A stretch of 64,000 bases of DNA from Camelus dromedarius. Its lineage: Eukaryota. Shown here in pieces: positions 13,076-25,847 of the stretch. Within the stretch, counting starts at the first letter, position 1; every line of letters starts with the position of its first letter. Both the position numbers and the translations under genes were made by a program. The notes below the pieces were generated by a model, which searched no databases, was not told the DNA's origin, and saw nothing but the letters and a program-made list of their open reading frames with translations. The stretch is from the NCBI RefSeq assembly GCF_036321535.1, contig NC_087437.1, positions 28,894,001 to 28,958,000 of the forward strand, written 5' to 3'.

Positions 13076-13222
13076 TGTGTGAAGAATGCTTGACATGAGA
13101 TCTACCCTCTTAACAAATTTTGAAGTGCACAATACTGTACTGTTAACTGCAGGCACTATGTGGTACAGTGGACTTTTAAACCTTATTCACCTAGCATTAC
13201 TGAAGCTTTATACCCATTGAAC
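12855..13222 (-). mobile_element. L1MB-type 3' end containing a (TG)n tract
   Basis: tttattaaggtataattt...gtgtacaacttgatgagttt...gagatctaccctcttaacaaattt. Confidence 0.8.
13024..13081. repeat. (TG)n microsatellite, one interruption
   Basis: Read directly. Confidence 0.95.
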
Positions 13223-13445
13223 AGAAATTGCTTTAATAAATAGAATGCCATCTTAACAAATAGAAGGTTAAGCCATGAATAGCACTGAGAAAATAAATCT
13301 AGGATTTCTCAGCCAGGAAAAAGCTACTCAATCAGTGGTATTAAAATATATGTGCCCACTCCATGTTCTATGCTCTTTCAAGAGCTATGGAAAGCAAGAA
13401 GCCCTTTCAGTCACATTGATGGTACCAGCAGGCAGTGTCTCCAGG

Positions 13446-13715
13446 CCCTCCACCCAGAGGCAGAAGGTAGCCCAGAGCCAGCATCTCTGGATCTACCATC
13501 CAAAACAGAGAGCTCCCAGACCTGGCAGCTCCCAGCCTCTACCCAGCAGCAGAAGATCCAGGCGAGCACCTTCTCACCCTCTACTCACTGGTAGAAGGCC
13601 AAGAAGCCTAATGCCTCCTTGCCCTCCACCCAACAGCAGCAGAAGATCTAGACAGGCTCTCTACCCAAAAGCAGAAGGCAACCCAGAACCTACAATTTCA
13701 GGCAGCTCCCGGCCC
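13446..13715 (+). repeat. GC-rich degenerate repeat array (CCTCYACYCA...GYAGAAG units)
   Basis: Five related units starting near 13446, 13536, 13577, 13622 and 13657. Confidence 0.7.
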
Positions 13716-13839
13716 ACCACTGGGTGGGAAAAGGCATCCCAGGTAGGTACAAGCATTTTAAGAAGCATCCAACTAGACAGTATTTCAATGTAAGTAAATC
13801 AATTGGACAAACCATTAAGGGCCGTATTTCAGCTCAGAT

Positions 13840-14040
13840 TCACCAATATTTACTACATATAAAGCACCATGATAAAAAACTTTACGTATATCATTTCATT
13901 CTCATAAGGATCCTACCATGTAGGTACTATTACCACTCTTATATCAGGGAGAAAGAAACTAATACTCAGAGAGTTTGCATAACATGCTCAGTGTCACATT
14001 ATTAGTGTTCAGTCAAATCCAGGGAGGCCTTTTCCAGCAC
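13840..14040 (-). mobile_element. MIR
   Basis: tcatttcattctcataaggatcct...gtaggtactattacc...gaaactaatactcagagagttt. Confidence 0.7.
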
Positions 14041-16324
14041 TTAAATCAGTTCCTTCTCTAGTAGAGCTAATACTCTAGATCTGTAAAATCATCTGCAGTC
14101 TTATTGAGTGCTCATCAGCCCTTTACTGTGTATTATGTCTAGCCCTAATGGATAATAATTAAGGGATTACAGAAGGCTTTTTCAAGGATGGATTAAAGAG
14201 ACTTGTTTCTAATTTGGGGAAAAGAAAGATGGTAATAGAACGGGAAACCAATAAAACATTATTACCAGAATGTAGCATCTATTCCCAATAAGAACTAAAG
14301 AAAGTAGAGTCAACCTACAGCCTGTGGTTTATTTTCAAAGGGAGAGAAAAAGATTCTTAGTTATCAAATGTTTTCTCACACTAGTTCTGGAAAGTGATTT
14401 ACAATATACGTACCTCAGTGAGACAGGACCCAACTCTCTTGACTCATGGCCAGGGCTATCTACACTTTATCATACTACAATTTAGAGTTCACATTACATG
14501 ATTTCTTAAGATCTCTACATTATGCTCAAATTGTACAATCTGTGATTTGCATAAACATGAAGAGATAGAGTTTCTATCAGCTTTAATAAGGGGGAAGAAA
14601 ATAATTTCTCTTTCTCTTTCTCACACACACACACACAAACACACACACGGCTGTTTAGAGTATGGTGTCAGGCTGCTCTTCTATTACTGTTGTCTAGAAA
14701 TAGAAGACGGACCTTGGGTGCCCCTGACAACTCTCAAAGAGGCATGCCCAATAGAGTTGAACTTGGCTGCCACACACAGTGATTCAGCAACTTACCAGCA
14801 GAAAATATGCGAGGGAGAAGAAGGAGAATTTTTCATCCTGGATTTGGGTAAAGAACATTTCTTACTGTGCACAAATGAAGAGATATCTTGAGTTGTTAAT
14901 TTGTTTTTTATTCTAAAGCTACCAATGTGTGTAGCTTTAGATTTCAGATCAAAAATCCTATTTGCCTTAATCAAGCATTGACAATGTGGAAACTGATTTT
15001 TATAAGCTCATACCAAAAAGAAAATAAAATTTAAATTAAATTAAGTGGTGATTACAGAGATGTACCGATATTAAATGGCTAAAGACATAGTGGAATTTTT
15101 TTCTTAGTTATGAAACATGTGTTCTATTTAAATCTAATAGACATCTGGGAGACAGATTGATGATTCTGTTCATCCTATTTTACAGAAGAGGAAGAGGAGG
15201 TAACAAAATATTAAAGGAATGTTCCTCAAGCCATGTTGCAGGATGCAACATATGCACAGCATTGCTCCCTGAAATCAGACTGTGCCTCTCCAGACAAAAC
15301 CCATTTTATTAAAATGAAATATGAACTCTTCCTCAAATTGACAGGGGAAAAAAAAAAAGTAAGCCTTAATGTGAACTCCATCAATCTTCCTATCAAATGA
15401 TTCAATGTGGATGTGAAATGGCACCTTAAAGAAATGATAGCTAATGGCCTTTTAAAAACAACTTTTTACAAGAAAATTTTGGCCTTCTAGAAGATGACTT
15501 TTTGTGACTGCTTGGGTATGTGACTTGATTCAAAAGCAAAAAAAGCACAGCTCTCCAGGAGAAAAAAAGGAAATCAGTACTGGAGAGAGAAGAAAGACTT
15601 TCACAGCCTGACTCTGAATTCCTTTCTGAGACGCACATGAGCACTTTAGCTCTAGAACAATGTTTCCAGAAACACAATCTATCAATAATGACATTTATAG
15701 GTCAATTACTATTACCTGGGGAATTTGGTCTACTCTTACTTTACAGCATATCTGCCAAAAGAAAATCATATATGGCATGTTTTGACTTGGCTCAAAGCTT
15801 TCTAAAAGCTTTTCTTTCTTTTTCAGCTGAAACTCTGAAACTTACCTGCTACCCTTCTGGCCCAAAGCCAGTTCATCACTAAATCTACACTGTGCTGTGT
15901 TTCTCTTATTCCAGCCAGCCTCCTATTTCAGACTTTGGCAGAAATGATGAAGTGCTGATAGAGAAGCCATACAATGTTAAGATGAGGTCATTTAAAGGGG
16001 CAGGGGGAGAGGAGTATGGAAATTTTTGGTTAAAGCCTGGAAAAGGCCAAATAAGCAGAGAACTCTCAGTTGCTGAAGAACCCTCAGGCTCCTTGGAGCC
16101 ACAACACTGACAAGCCACTGTCTTCATAATTACTAAGACAACTTCTTGATCAGTGGATTTAGAAGGACCACTTTCTGCCTCCTTGGAGATAGGCAGTTGG
16201 GGAATCTGCTTCATTTATTTCTTTATCCATCCATTCTCTCACTAATTAACTCAACCAGCCATTTAAGAGCAATTTTATTGTGAATAGTACACAACGATGC
16301 TTCTAAAAAATTAACAAACATTCA

Positions 16325-16435
16325 AACTACTTGGGAATCTTATTAAAATGCAGTCTCTGATTCAAGAATCTGGAGTGGGTTCAAAATTGTGCTTTTCTCC
16401 TAAGCTCCCAAGTGATGCCTCTGCTGCTCCTCCAA
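16325..16435. mobile_element. MER5A fragment
   Basis: cttgggaatcttattaaaatgcagtctc...aagctcccaagtgatgcctctgctgct. Confidence 0.65.
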
Positions 16436-16451
16436 GAGTAGGAGAGAAGTA

Positions 16452-16668
16452 CAGTTGACACTTGAATAAAGAAAGGGCTGAGAGTGCCAGCCCTCCGCGC
16501 AGTCAAAAATCTGCATATAACTTAGACTCAGCCCTTCACGTGGGAGATTCCTCGCATCTGCGATTCCACGGATTCAACCAGCTGCAACGCAGGTGGTGTA
16601 GTACTGTAATATTTACTACTGAAACAAACCCACGTATAAGTGGACCCATGTTATTCAAGGGTCAATTG
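16452..16668 (-). mobile_element. MER8/Tigger2-derived MITE
   Basis: TIRs cagttgacacttgaata...tattcaagggtcaattg flanked by TA dinucleotides. Confidence 0.85.
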
Positions 16669-16698
16669 TACATCCATTTTATTTCCTTCTCCCCTACA

Positions 16699-17452
16699 CC
16701 AGTGGCTTTCAAACTTGTCAGAAAAATTCATATACTTGGGCCCAGCCCAGACCTATTAAATCTTGGGGTTTGGATTCAGCAGTCCTTATATCACCATCCC
16801 CCATGGCGATTCTGCTGTGCACTCAAGTTTCAGAACCCATGAGTCCAGACCATTGTTCTTAAAACCTGGCTGCACATTAGAATCACCTGGGGAACTTGTA
16901 GGTTGAATTGTGTCCCCCCCACACACACAAATGTTGAAATCCTAACCCCAGATATCTGTGAATGTGACCTTATGTGAAACAGTCTCTGCAGATGGAATCA
17001 AGTTAAGAAGGGGTTATATGTGATATGGGTGCATCCTAAACCCCATGACTGGTGTGCTTATAAGAAGAATGAGATTTGGAGATGCAGACAGAGGAAGGGA
17101 GGCTATGCAGTGAAGGAGGCAGAAACTGGAGCCACACATCTGTAAGCCAGGGAGTGCCGAGGATTGCTGGCAACCACAAGGAGCTGGAGACAAGTGTGCA
17201 ACAGAGGCTTCCCTACGACCTTCTGAGGAAGCATGGCCCTGCCAGCACCTTGATTTCAGACTTTAACCTCCAGAAGCCAGAGAGAATAAATTTCTCTTGT
17301 CTCAAGTCACCAAATTTGTAGAAACTAATTACCGAGTTTTGGAAACCAAACCAAACAAACAAAAACAATGCCTATTCTCTTACCAATTAAATCAGAATCT
17401 CTGGGGATGAAGCCCCTGAGGGAAGGTTTTAAAATCTCCCTCAAGGGATTCC
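16699..17452. mobile_element. MER5A-type MITEs, the second split by an MLT1 LTR
   Basis: cagtggctttcaaactt...aagtttcagaaccc; then ttcttaaaacctggctgcacattagaatcacctgggga, which resumes after the LTR as ccaattaaatcagaatctctgggg. Confidence 0.65.
16897..17340 (+). mobile_element. ERVL-MaLR solo LTR (MLT1C-like)
   Basis: tgtaggttgaattgtgtcccc...gaatgtgaccttat...gcatggccctgccagcaccttgatttcagactt...gagaataaatttc. Confidence 0.85.
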
Positions 17453-17592
17453 ATTTTTAGACATAAATAGATTGCTCATACCTAGGTTAGCAATAAATAA
17501 AAAAACACTACAAGCATTGAATGTCAGTATAAGATTATCTGTAAGTTTTTTAAGTATTAAAATAAGTTGTGGAGATAAGAAGTATACTAAGG

Positions 17593-18127
17593 CAATATTT
17601 CTCAGAGTTTGGTTAGGGAAATACTGATTTTAGAATCACCTGTAGTCAATTAATTAATCATCAAGGGGGCTTTGGGTCCCATCCCAAACCTAATGACCAG
17701 ATTCTCCTGGGTAGTGCAAGTTCTCAAGCTCCCTACACACACTGAAGTTTGAAAGCCTTTGTAGAGAGGTGAGTGAACAGGCTTAAGCCATTGGGGAGAA
17801 CCTCCCAGAAGATGAAAGAATCAGATGAATGCAGGAATGGGGCACAAGTGAATAATGTCATCAGTAGGAACTGTTGAGACACTTAGCCGCTGGAGCAAAG
17901 GAGGGTACTTTCTGGAAGCTGATGGACATCAGGTCAGGCTGGTGAGGGAACACAGAACTTTGAAATGCAGGATGACAAAATATGGTTAAAGGAATGCTAT
18001 CGGCCTCCCCTGGGAGCTGAGATGAAATGCAGAATTGTGGGTTCACCTCAGTCCTATTGAATCAGAGATTGCATTTTAACAAGATCTCCAGATAATATGA
18101 CTCTACATTAAATTTTGAGAAGTACTG
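17593..18127. mobile_element. Two further MER5A/B-like MITEs (~17593-17760 and ~17985-18127) with L2-like sequence between
   Basis: tttctcagagtttgg...agaatcacctg...aagtttgaaagcc; atcagagattgcattttaacaagatctccag...tttgagaagtactg. Confidence 0.6.
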
Positions 18128-18244
18128 TCCTGGCGTCAGTAAGAAACCTGTCAGAAGTTTCCGAGCAAGGAAGTAATATGATAAAATTATGCATGAGTGG
18201 GTTCAGCTTAGTGAGGATGTTTAGAGCAAACTGGAAGGCTTGCT

Positions 18245-18442
18245 GAACTTGCCCATAAAAATCTCTGTAATATTGGGTATGTTCTATATCTGAACTGCTC
18301 AGTATATTAGCCACATGAGGCTGCTGAGCAGCTGAAATACAGCTAGCGTGACTGAGAAATGGAACTTTTAAAATATAATTTTAATGTATATTTACATTTA
18401 AATAGCCACATATGGTAGTGTCTACTGTATTGGACAGCACAG
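18245..18442 (+). mobile_element. MER3-like MITE
   Basis: atgttctatatctg...tagccacatgaggct...gctagcgtgactgagaaa...tactgtattggacagcacag. Confidence 0.8.
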
Positions 18443-19659
18443 GCTTAGAGGCTGTAGACATGAAGACAAATTAGGAGGCATCACTGGTCAGAGGATGGTC
18501 TGATTGCACCTGTGGGTATCACACTGTCATACGATATCAAGTGTTAGTTCTCACACCGTTTTCTCAGACGTTCAGGAAACCACGGGCAATCCAATTTTCT
18601 GTTTAATGAAGAAATGAGTTAATGATTGTTTAACTGTGCTTACAGTCAACATGCAATTATAAAGGATCTGATTTCCCTGTCTAGTGCTTATCTAGTGCTT
18701 ATGTCCACTGCTTGCATCTCTTTCCTTTCCATTTTGCTATTTACATTCCTTTGCTTGTCAATGTCACTCGCCAGAGGGTCAATAGAGACAAGGAACTTGT
18801 GTTCCAAGGGATCTAAGTGGTGAAGAAAAAAGATACCATTATTTGCCCGAAATTTTTGTTTGGGTTCGTTCAGTAAATTTCAGATGTCTGCTGCTACCCA
18901 AACTCATTGTCTTTTTCCTTAACAAATAATCTATTTACTGACAGGAGTGACAAATGAGATGGGGGTGATATGCCTTTGATTATTAGTGGGGTTTGTGCAG
19001 CATCCCAATACTGGACTGGGAAATGCAAGAACACAGCTGTGAGCCTGGACAGGCTGTAATTTTCACTCTGGTTTCTTTAGCTCAGCCTACTGCCCCCATC
19101 CCCCTTCTTAATCCATGACCCTCCCTCACTTACTCTGTACTCAGGAAATCAAAACCCATCTCTGAGTCTCTCTGAAGCTATATGTGTATTTCTTATTCAG
19201 CTTCTACCTCTTTCAACTCTGTGACACCTGAGCTTATTCTAGGTGCAACTTTATCTTCTTGTTCCCTAATTCTTGCATTTTCCTTCTCTCTTTCCTTGAG
19301 CCCTCTCCTTAACTTTTACTACTGTGAGAAGAAATCACACTTTTAAGGCCTGCCCTGGCCAGTTTAGAAGATTCCAAGAGGAAGTCAATTAGAAATGTAT
19401 CTGAAGCATCAATGTATTGAACTAGATCCCTGAAGTTGCTATTTTTAAAGATATTTGCTTGAAAACAGGGAACTCACTCTAAAGGTTTTAATAGGTTTAT
19501 TCTTTCACGAATCATTATTGAACATTTAGACACAGTTACTGCTTTTAAAGGATTCAAAGTCTGTAAGGAGGAGACAATGCAAAGAAATAACTTCAGTCCA
19601 GTACTGTTCTTACAAATAGAAATAACAAATTTGGGCATAAAATCATTCAGAAAGTACAC

Positions 19660-20130
19660 GGAAGACTTCATTGAAAGGGTAACTTTTGACAAGGGTCTTA
19701 AAAGATAATTGAACATTCTCCAGGTAAGATGGGGAGATGAGTGTCAAGGGGAAACATGTATAAGCTAGAAAGTATGGGAAAGTGTGGTAGATTTAGGGGA
19801 ATTCCGTATTCCTGGAACAAAGTATGAGAAATTACCTTGATTGCTGAATAGGTAGGCAGGGGGTAGATTGTGGAATACTTAAACATGGTCATGAGGATTT
19901 CTGACTTTATCTTATTGGTGATGAGGAACCATGGAAGGGTTTCAATAGGGATTAATAAACAGGTCTTTGTGTTTAAAATATTAATATGGATAATGTATTG
20001 GAGTGGACAAAACTAGACTCAGGGAGACAAGTTAAAATGGCATTACAACAATCCAGTTAAGAGATAATGAGCCCTTAAATTGAGAACAGAACAACAGGAT
20101 GGGGAAAGAAAACTTTGAGATCAGTTAGTA
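19660..20130 (-). mobile_element. L2 fragment
   Basis: gactttatcttattggtgatgaggaaccatggaagggttt...cagggagacaagtt...atccagttaagagataatg. Confidence 0.7.
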
Positions 20131-21349
20131 GTTGAAAAAATTGTCTAAATATCAAGCAGATGAGGTTTTTAGTAATTTTTAAAGCCATTCTCTTAATAAA
20201 TTTCTACACTGACAACATAGCTCTGCTGATTACATGGGATGGATTGAGCTGGGACTTGGAAATCAGAGAAGCCTATACCTGAGACCCAAATACATGACTT
20301 CCAAGATGGGTTACTCAGTCAGATATTTACCCATCTGAACCTCAGTGAACTGGAGGTAATTCCTGCCTTGCAAAATTGCTGGGATGTTTAAATAAATTAT
20401 GAAGAATATTTGGTACATGTAGATAGCCAATTAACATTAGTTTGCTTTCTGCCCTTCTTTTCAACTCTAGAATCTGTGGCAATGAACCCTTTAACATAAA
20501 AAAGACAACTTCTCATTTTTGTTGAATTGTCAGTCTGAGAGCCTAAATAATGTTTTGCAAATAAGTAATTCATTTTTTTCCTGGTAGGATCAGGCCCAGG
20601 GCACCACTCTGTAATGAAATCTCCCAGTAACAGTTATGTTACATGTAATAAAACTGTAATATGCCTAGAGTTGACATATTCCAATCAATACACTTGTTGG
20701 ACAAAACATGAGATTCAATAAAGAAGTCCAAAGTCACTTCCATTGCCAATTGAATTATAAATGATTTCTAATAATAACTGAAAATCTTCAAAGTGGAAAT
20801 AGTTATTTCAAGTCAAATGATTGTTTTCTATCCCTGAGAAGCTTTCAGAAATAGCTTTGTATTAAATCTGTCCCACTGTGTAAGATAAGCAATTATCAAA
20901 TACACCAATAGGAAAAGGCTGCCTAAAAGGGAGATTTAGTATCGATGATTGCTATAATCATTTTGATGAAAACTTTCTACCCTAGGCCAACCTGCCAAAA
21001 TACTTTTTAAATTAGAAGGCTAATAGGAAGATCTTGCTTTCATAATGCTTGTCTAAGCTTACTACTGTGAAATACAAAGTAGAAGGAGCTCTCAGCAGTT
21101 AAAGCATAATTCTATAGCTAAATTTCTAAAAACAAAACAAACAAGACTAAAGTAACAACAAAGGAACACCGATAAGAATCTTACTTGACAATAGTACATA
21201 CAAATATGTCCTTATAAAATAATAAAAATGGGAAAGTTTAGTCTTCAAAGAGATCACTGATATTCAGTCAGAAATTGCTAAACTATATTCAAAATTTTAC
21301 TGAAGACTATGACTTGTAAGGACTTCCTGAGACACAAAACTAATATTTT

Positions 21350-21600
21350 TTATTAACCACTCTGTGCCTGATACTATGATGATTATTTTAAATGCATTAT
21401 CACTTATAACACAGAAATCCTATGTGCTGGGAGGGAACATTAGTGTTATTTTAACTTAAACATTAGAGAGCTTAAATAATTTGCCCAAACTCACACAGCT
21501 AAAAATAAGTTTACATGGTTCATACAGCAAAAAAAAAAGGAGTTTAAATAATTTGCTCAAATTTACACAGTATTTAAACTCATGGACATCCAGCTTGAAA
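21350..21600 (-). mobile_element. MIR with a duplicated core segment
   Basis: ttaaataatttgcccaaactcacacag recurs as ttaaataatttgctcaaatttacacag. Confidence 0.6.
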
Positions 21601-21687
21601 TTTCTGCTTTTTTTTTACTGTCCTGGTAGAGTCTTTTAAAACCTCAGTGTTACCATCTGCAAAATGGGAATGATGCCTATTTCCAGA

Positions 21688-22121
21688 TGTATTAGTCAGG
21701 ATTCCAAAAGAAAATCCATGTACCCTAAACTAAATAATTAAAGATTCCAATAAAGGGACTAGCTACCGGACTGTGAGCAGATATACGGGAAAAGAGACAG
21801 TGCCCTGGGCTAGGAACAAGGAAAAGGCTTTACCAAGCAGTAGTCTTTAAGGGCAGGAAAGAAAGTGATTACTGGAACTGAAAGGAGAGTTGCAGAGAGG
21901 GCTTTTTGCCAGGAGCTGAGGTTTTCCCAATTATGGCAATCTGATACCAGGGGAGAGGACACTGGGAGGACTGATATCCTACCATCATTCTCCTCTCACC
22001 CTATGATGTCCTGTGATTGCCTTCCAACTGGGCACCATCGTGACACGGCCCAGACAGGTCAGGTGCCCAGGCCCAGAGCAGGATGGAGAGTGGATCTGGA
22101 GGGGCAGAGAGTATCCACATA
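21688..22121 (-). mobile_element. Old ERV-type solo LTR (family not assigned)
   Basis: Starts tgtattagtcagg, contains aataaagggacta, ends gagagtggatctggaggggcagagagtatccaca. Confidence 0.6.
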
Positions 22122-22189
22122 CTAGTATTAAGTGAGAAAATATTCTGCGAACATGAAATACGTACTCTAGAGATGATATAGCGAAAGCA

Positions 22190-22400
22190 GTAGTTTGCAC
22201 ATTGAAAGCTTATTATATACCAGGAATCATTCTAAGCACTTTTTATATTATAACTTTTGATTTTCACAACAATCGTGTGAGATAGGAACTATTATCTTTT
22301 TTTCCAAGGTGAAGAAACTGAGACCTACAGAGGTGATATAATTGGGCCAAAGTAAAAAGCAGCAAGGCTGTAGGACCTCAGATCTCACCCTCATTATCAC
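22190..22400 (-). mobile_element. MIR
   Basis: ttctaagcacttt...cacaacaatcgtgtgagatagg...gaagaaactgagacctacagaggt. Confidence 0.75.
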
Positions 22401-22689
22401 TGCTGTGTATGGGTGTGTATAAGACATGGGAATTGTGGCAGGTTATTGGAAGTATAAAGGGAATCCCTTACATTTGATTACTAAAATTAAAATTTATTAA
22501 ACCTTGAAAAAAAAGCCGATAGGAAAAAAACAAAACAACAACAAAGCACCAATCTCTGGGCTGTACTCCAAGTCATTAAAGTCAGACTCCTGGGATGAGA
22601 CTGGACTGTCCCATTATTTTTTTTTCAAAGCTCACCAGTTGGTTCTAACATATAGCCTTGCTGAGAACCACTGTCCTACTTGAACATTC

Positions 22690-23240
22690 CCATGACATCT
22701 CTCTAATACCACCTCCTACTACTCTCTCCCCCACACAGCGCACAATGACCACTCTGTCCTCTTTGCTGTTACTCCAAATACGCCAGGAATATTTGCGTTT
22801 CATGGACACTGCATGTATAGCTTCCTCTGCCTAGAACAAAACTTCATTTAAATACCAGCATTATTTGCTCTTGCTTACTTCAATCTATATAAAAACAAAA
22901 AAGAAACAACAACAACAACAAAAACCCTACCATCTCATTAAAGTGTCTTCCAGGGTCATCTTTCTAAAAACAAGCACTTTCTTACTAAAAGCAACCACTT
23001 TCCCTACGAGAAATAGCTTATTCTCTGTTTTGATTTTTCTTCATAGCACATAAGATTGCCTGGCATTTCATTATACATTTATATGTTGTTGGTTTCTGTG
23101 CCCCTACTGGAAGCTAAGGCCCATGATAACCGATAGGTTTTTTGTTCATTGTTTATCCTCAGTGCCTAGAATAGTGGTTGTCGTGTGGTAAATGTTCCCT
23201 GAATATCTGCAAAATGCTTGAACGAATGAATGAATGAATG
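22690..23240 (+). mobile_element. L2a-type 3' end with (TGAA)n tail
   Basis: tcctctgcctagaac...tatcctcagtgcctagaatagtg...gaatgaatgaatgaatga. Confidence 0.8.
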
Positions 23241-23259
23241 AGGAAAATTAACAAGTAGG

Positions 23260-23630
23260 CAATCATGGTACAGCATCAAAAATGCTATGATAAATAGACG
23301 TGTTGGGTGCTTGGGAAAGGGTATGGATGGACAATGGGCACAGACTGGGGAAATTCGTGGACCTTTTAGAAGACATGTTCCTGAGGCAAGCTGTATAAAG
23401 GTCAAAAGACTGAGCATAGAGTTTCAGAAGGAGAAGGCATCATAAACGAAGGCCCAGAGGTCTGGGAACTGTAAATAGTTCAGAGTGACTGGTGCTTGGT
23501 GAAATGTGAGCAGGGGCGTGTAGCTTGAGGTGAGGCTCAGATGGAAGGCAATAAAGGGGCTTATAGGCCAGGGAGGGGAAGGACTATAGGCTTTATCCTG
23601 AAGGCAATGAGGAACCACTGACATATTTCA
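23260..23630 (-). mobile_element. L2 fragment
   Basis: ggctttatcctgaaggcaatgaggaaccactga. Confidence 0.7.
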
Positions 23631-25626
23631 CATCAAATCAGAAGTTACTTTGATAGAAAAAGTTCATCCCATTTTCTATATTATGAAATGGTAAGTAATT
23701 TCTTATCAACTGGTTTCAACATTGATTTTGTACTAAAATTTTTGTTGGAAATTAATTTTCAGGATGAGTTTATAAGACTAAATTTAACTGACTTTTACTG
23801 ACTGCAGTGGGGAATTGTTTTAGGTATTTTCTCTCTGTAGGGTAACATTTAAGATAATCCTACAGAAGATTTTTTGATAAGGTTTATGTTCTCCAAATAA
23901 ATGTTTTAAAAGATCAAACATTGGGAAAAGAAGACATTGCCTTGAAGACTTTTCCTGGAAGGCAGAAATTAAATCATATTTCTCATCCTCAAACTCCTTT
24001 CCATGTGCCGTGACATGTTTTACACTTTTTTAGAGATACAGTTAACCCTTCGTATCATGAGAAATATTTCTAAAGATGGGAGCCTTGAGAAATCTCTAAA
24101 GTCACAGGTATGAAAAAAAAACTGGACAGAATTCAAAATGTGATTCAATCACACTTTCATTACAATGAGCATGCATTAAACTGAATTCTGGATTCAGCTA
24201 TCTCCTTTCTTACTTCACGACCAGGTTTCATACATAAACAAAGGTTTTGTTATAAAATAACTTTACTCCAGTTGTTGTAAGTATGTCCAAGAAGGAAGAT
24301 GACAAATGTAACATGAAATGTGGATGCTGAGTAGTCAACTGGACTCATCCATTTGCTCACTAGTTAATTCAAACTTTCTGGCCTTGCATGTTTCTGGCAT
24401 GTTCAAGTCAAATTTATGCTTCAAAAGAATTATAAAACACTGCCAGTCAGGTTCTAATAATATCACATAAGACTGGGTAGAACCATAACTGTCAATTCCA
24501 AGAATGCCAAGCTGCTAACACGTTACCACAGGGCCCTTGTTTGCTCTGCAAGGATAAAGGGGACCTGTCCCTTCTCTTCATCCCTACACAAATGAGGAGG
24601 TGCTTTGATGAACCTCTCACAGTTACCACTCAAGATGTAGGGTGTGACTGAGATAGCCCTAGAAGACTCTAGTTATCCTGGTGACTTTATTTCTCATTCA
24701 GAACACAAGGAATATTGTCCCTGGAGACCCCTCTACAACACTGTACCCAAGGTGCATGTGAGTGAACTGCAAACCCACTTTCTAAGTCTGCTAGCCTGGG
24801 AGAAAATCAGGTCCAGAACAGGTCTTTTCAGTATGTTCGTAACTAGAAAGAGTTTTTTCCCCTGGAGAATTTAGAGCTGATGTGTGTATAAGAACAGTTC
24901 ATATGCTCAGGTTTCATATGCTATAAAGAACAATAGGACTCCTTCAAGGTTTCTTCTCGGAGGGATTATTGCACAAAGCATCCTATATTCTCTGACATCT
25001 AGAGACTAGGCAAATTTATCTGAAATGCTTTCTTCAGAAAAATAATGTCACACTAAATCTTGTCCTAATGTTTAGAGTACCTAAGGTCTATGAGCTTCTG
25101 GTAGTGAGTCCAGAATTATGATTATCATTTAGACTTAGAGCTAGAATTTACAGTTTTAGTTCTAGCCATTCATCTAAAAAGTAAATATGAACTGTCACAA
25201 GAACAAACAGGGATCGTTCCATCACTCACAACCACCGCTCCAGAAACAACGAAAAGAATACAGTTTTCAGAAATGGCTACGTTAGTAAGTGCTTCATCCT
25301 ATATGGAGTTCAAAAGTTAAGAGTGAAATGAAATGTTTCTGGAGACTTGATGCTTAAAAGGTTTCTATAGGTAATTATTTTCTTGATTGAATAATTCTTT
25401 TGTAATGCTACTAATCAGCCAACAAATAGTCTGTTTTCAAAATCCAGATTTTTATTTTTAGGAAAACACATTCTGTCATATCCACAAATCTGGGGTCCCA
25501 ACATTTTTTGAAGATAAAGTTTTTTTTATTTTCCTAAAGTTTTGACATTACAGTGAAGGAAATGAGGCTGCTGTTAGCAAACATCAGTGTGTGGGCAGAA
25601 GTGGCACAGCGATGTGTTTGAGGATA

Positions 25627-25847
25627 CAGCTGACCCTTGAACAACACAGGGTTTGAACTGAGCAGATCCACTTATACATGGATTTTTTCAGTAGTCATAC
25701 ACTACAGTGCTACATGTTCCACAACTGGTTGAATCCGTGGATTCAAAACTGTGAATATGGAGGAACCATGGTGTAAGTTATACTTGAATTTTTCACTGGG
25801 CAGCAGTTTGGGTGCCCTTACCCCTCGCATTGTTCAAGGGTCAACTA
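25627..25847 (+). mobile_element. MER8/Tigger2-derived MITE
   Basis: ta-cagctgacccttgaacaacacagggtttgaactg...ttgttcaagggtcaact. Confidence 0.85.
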
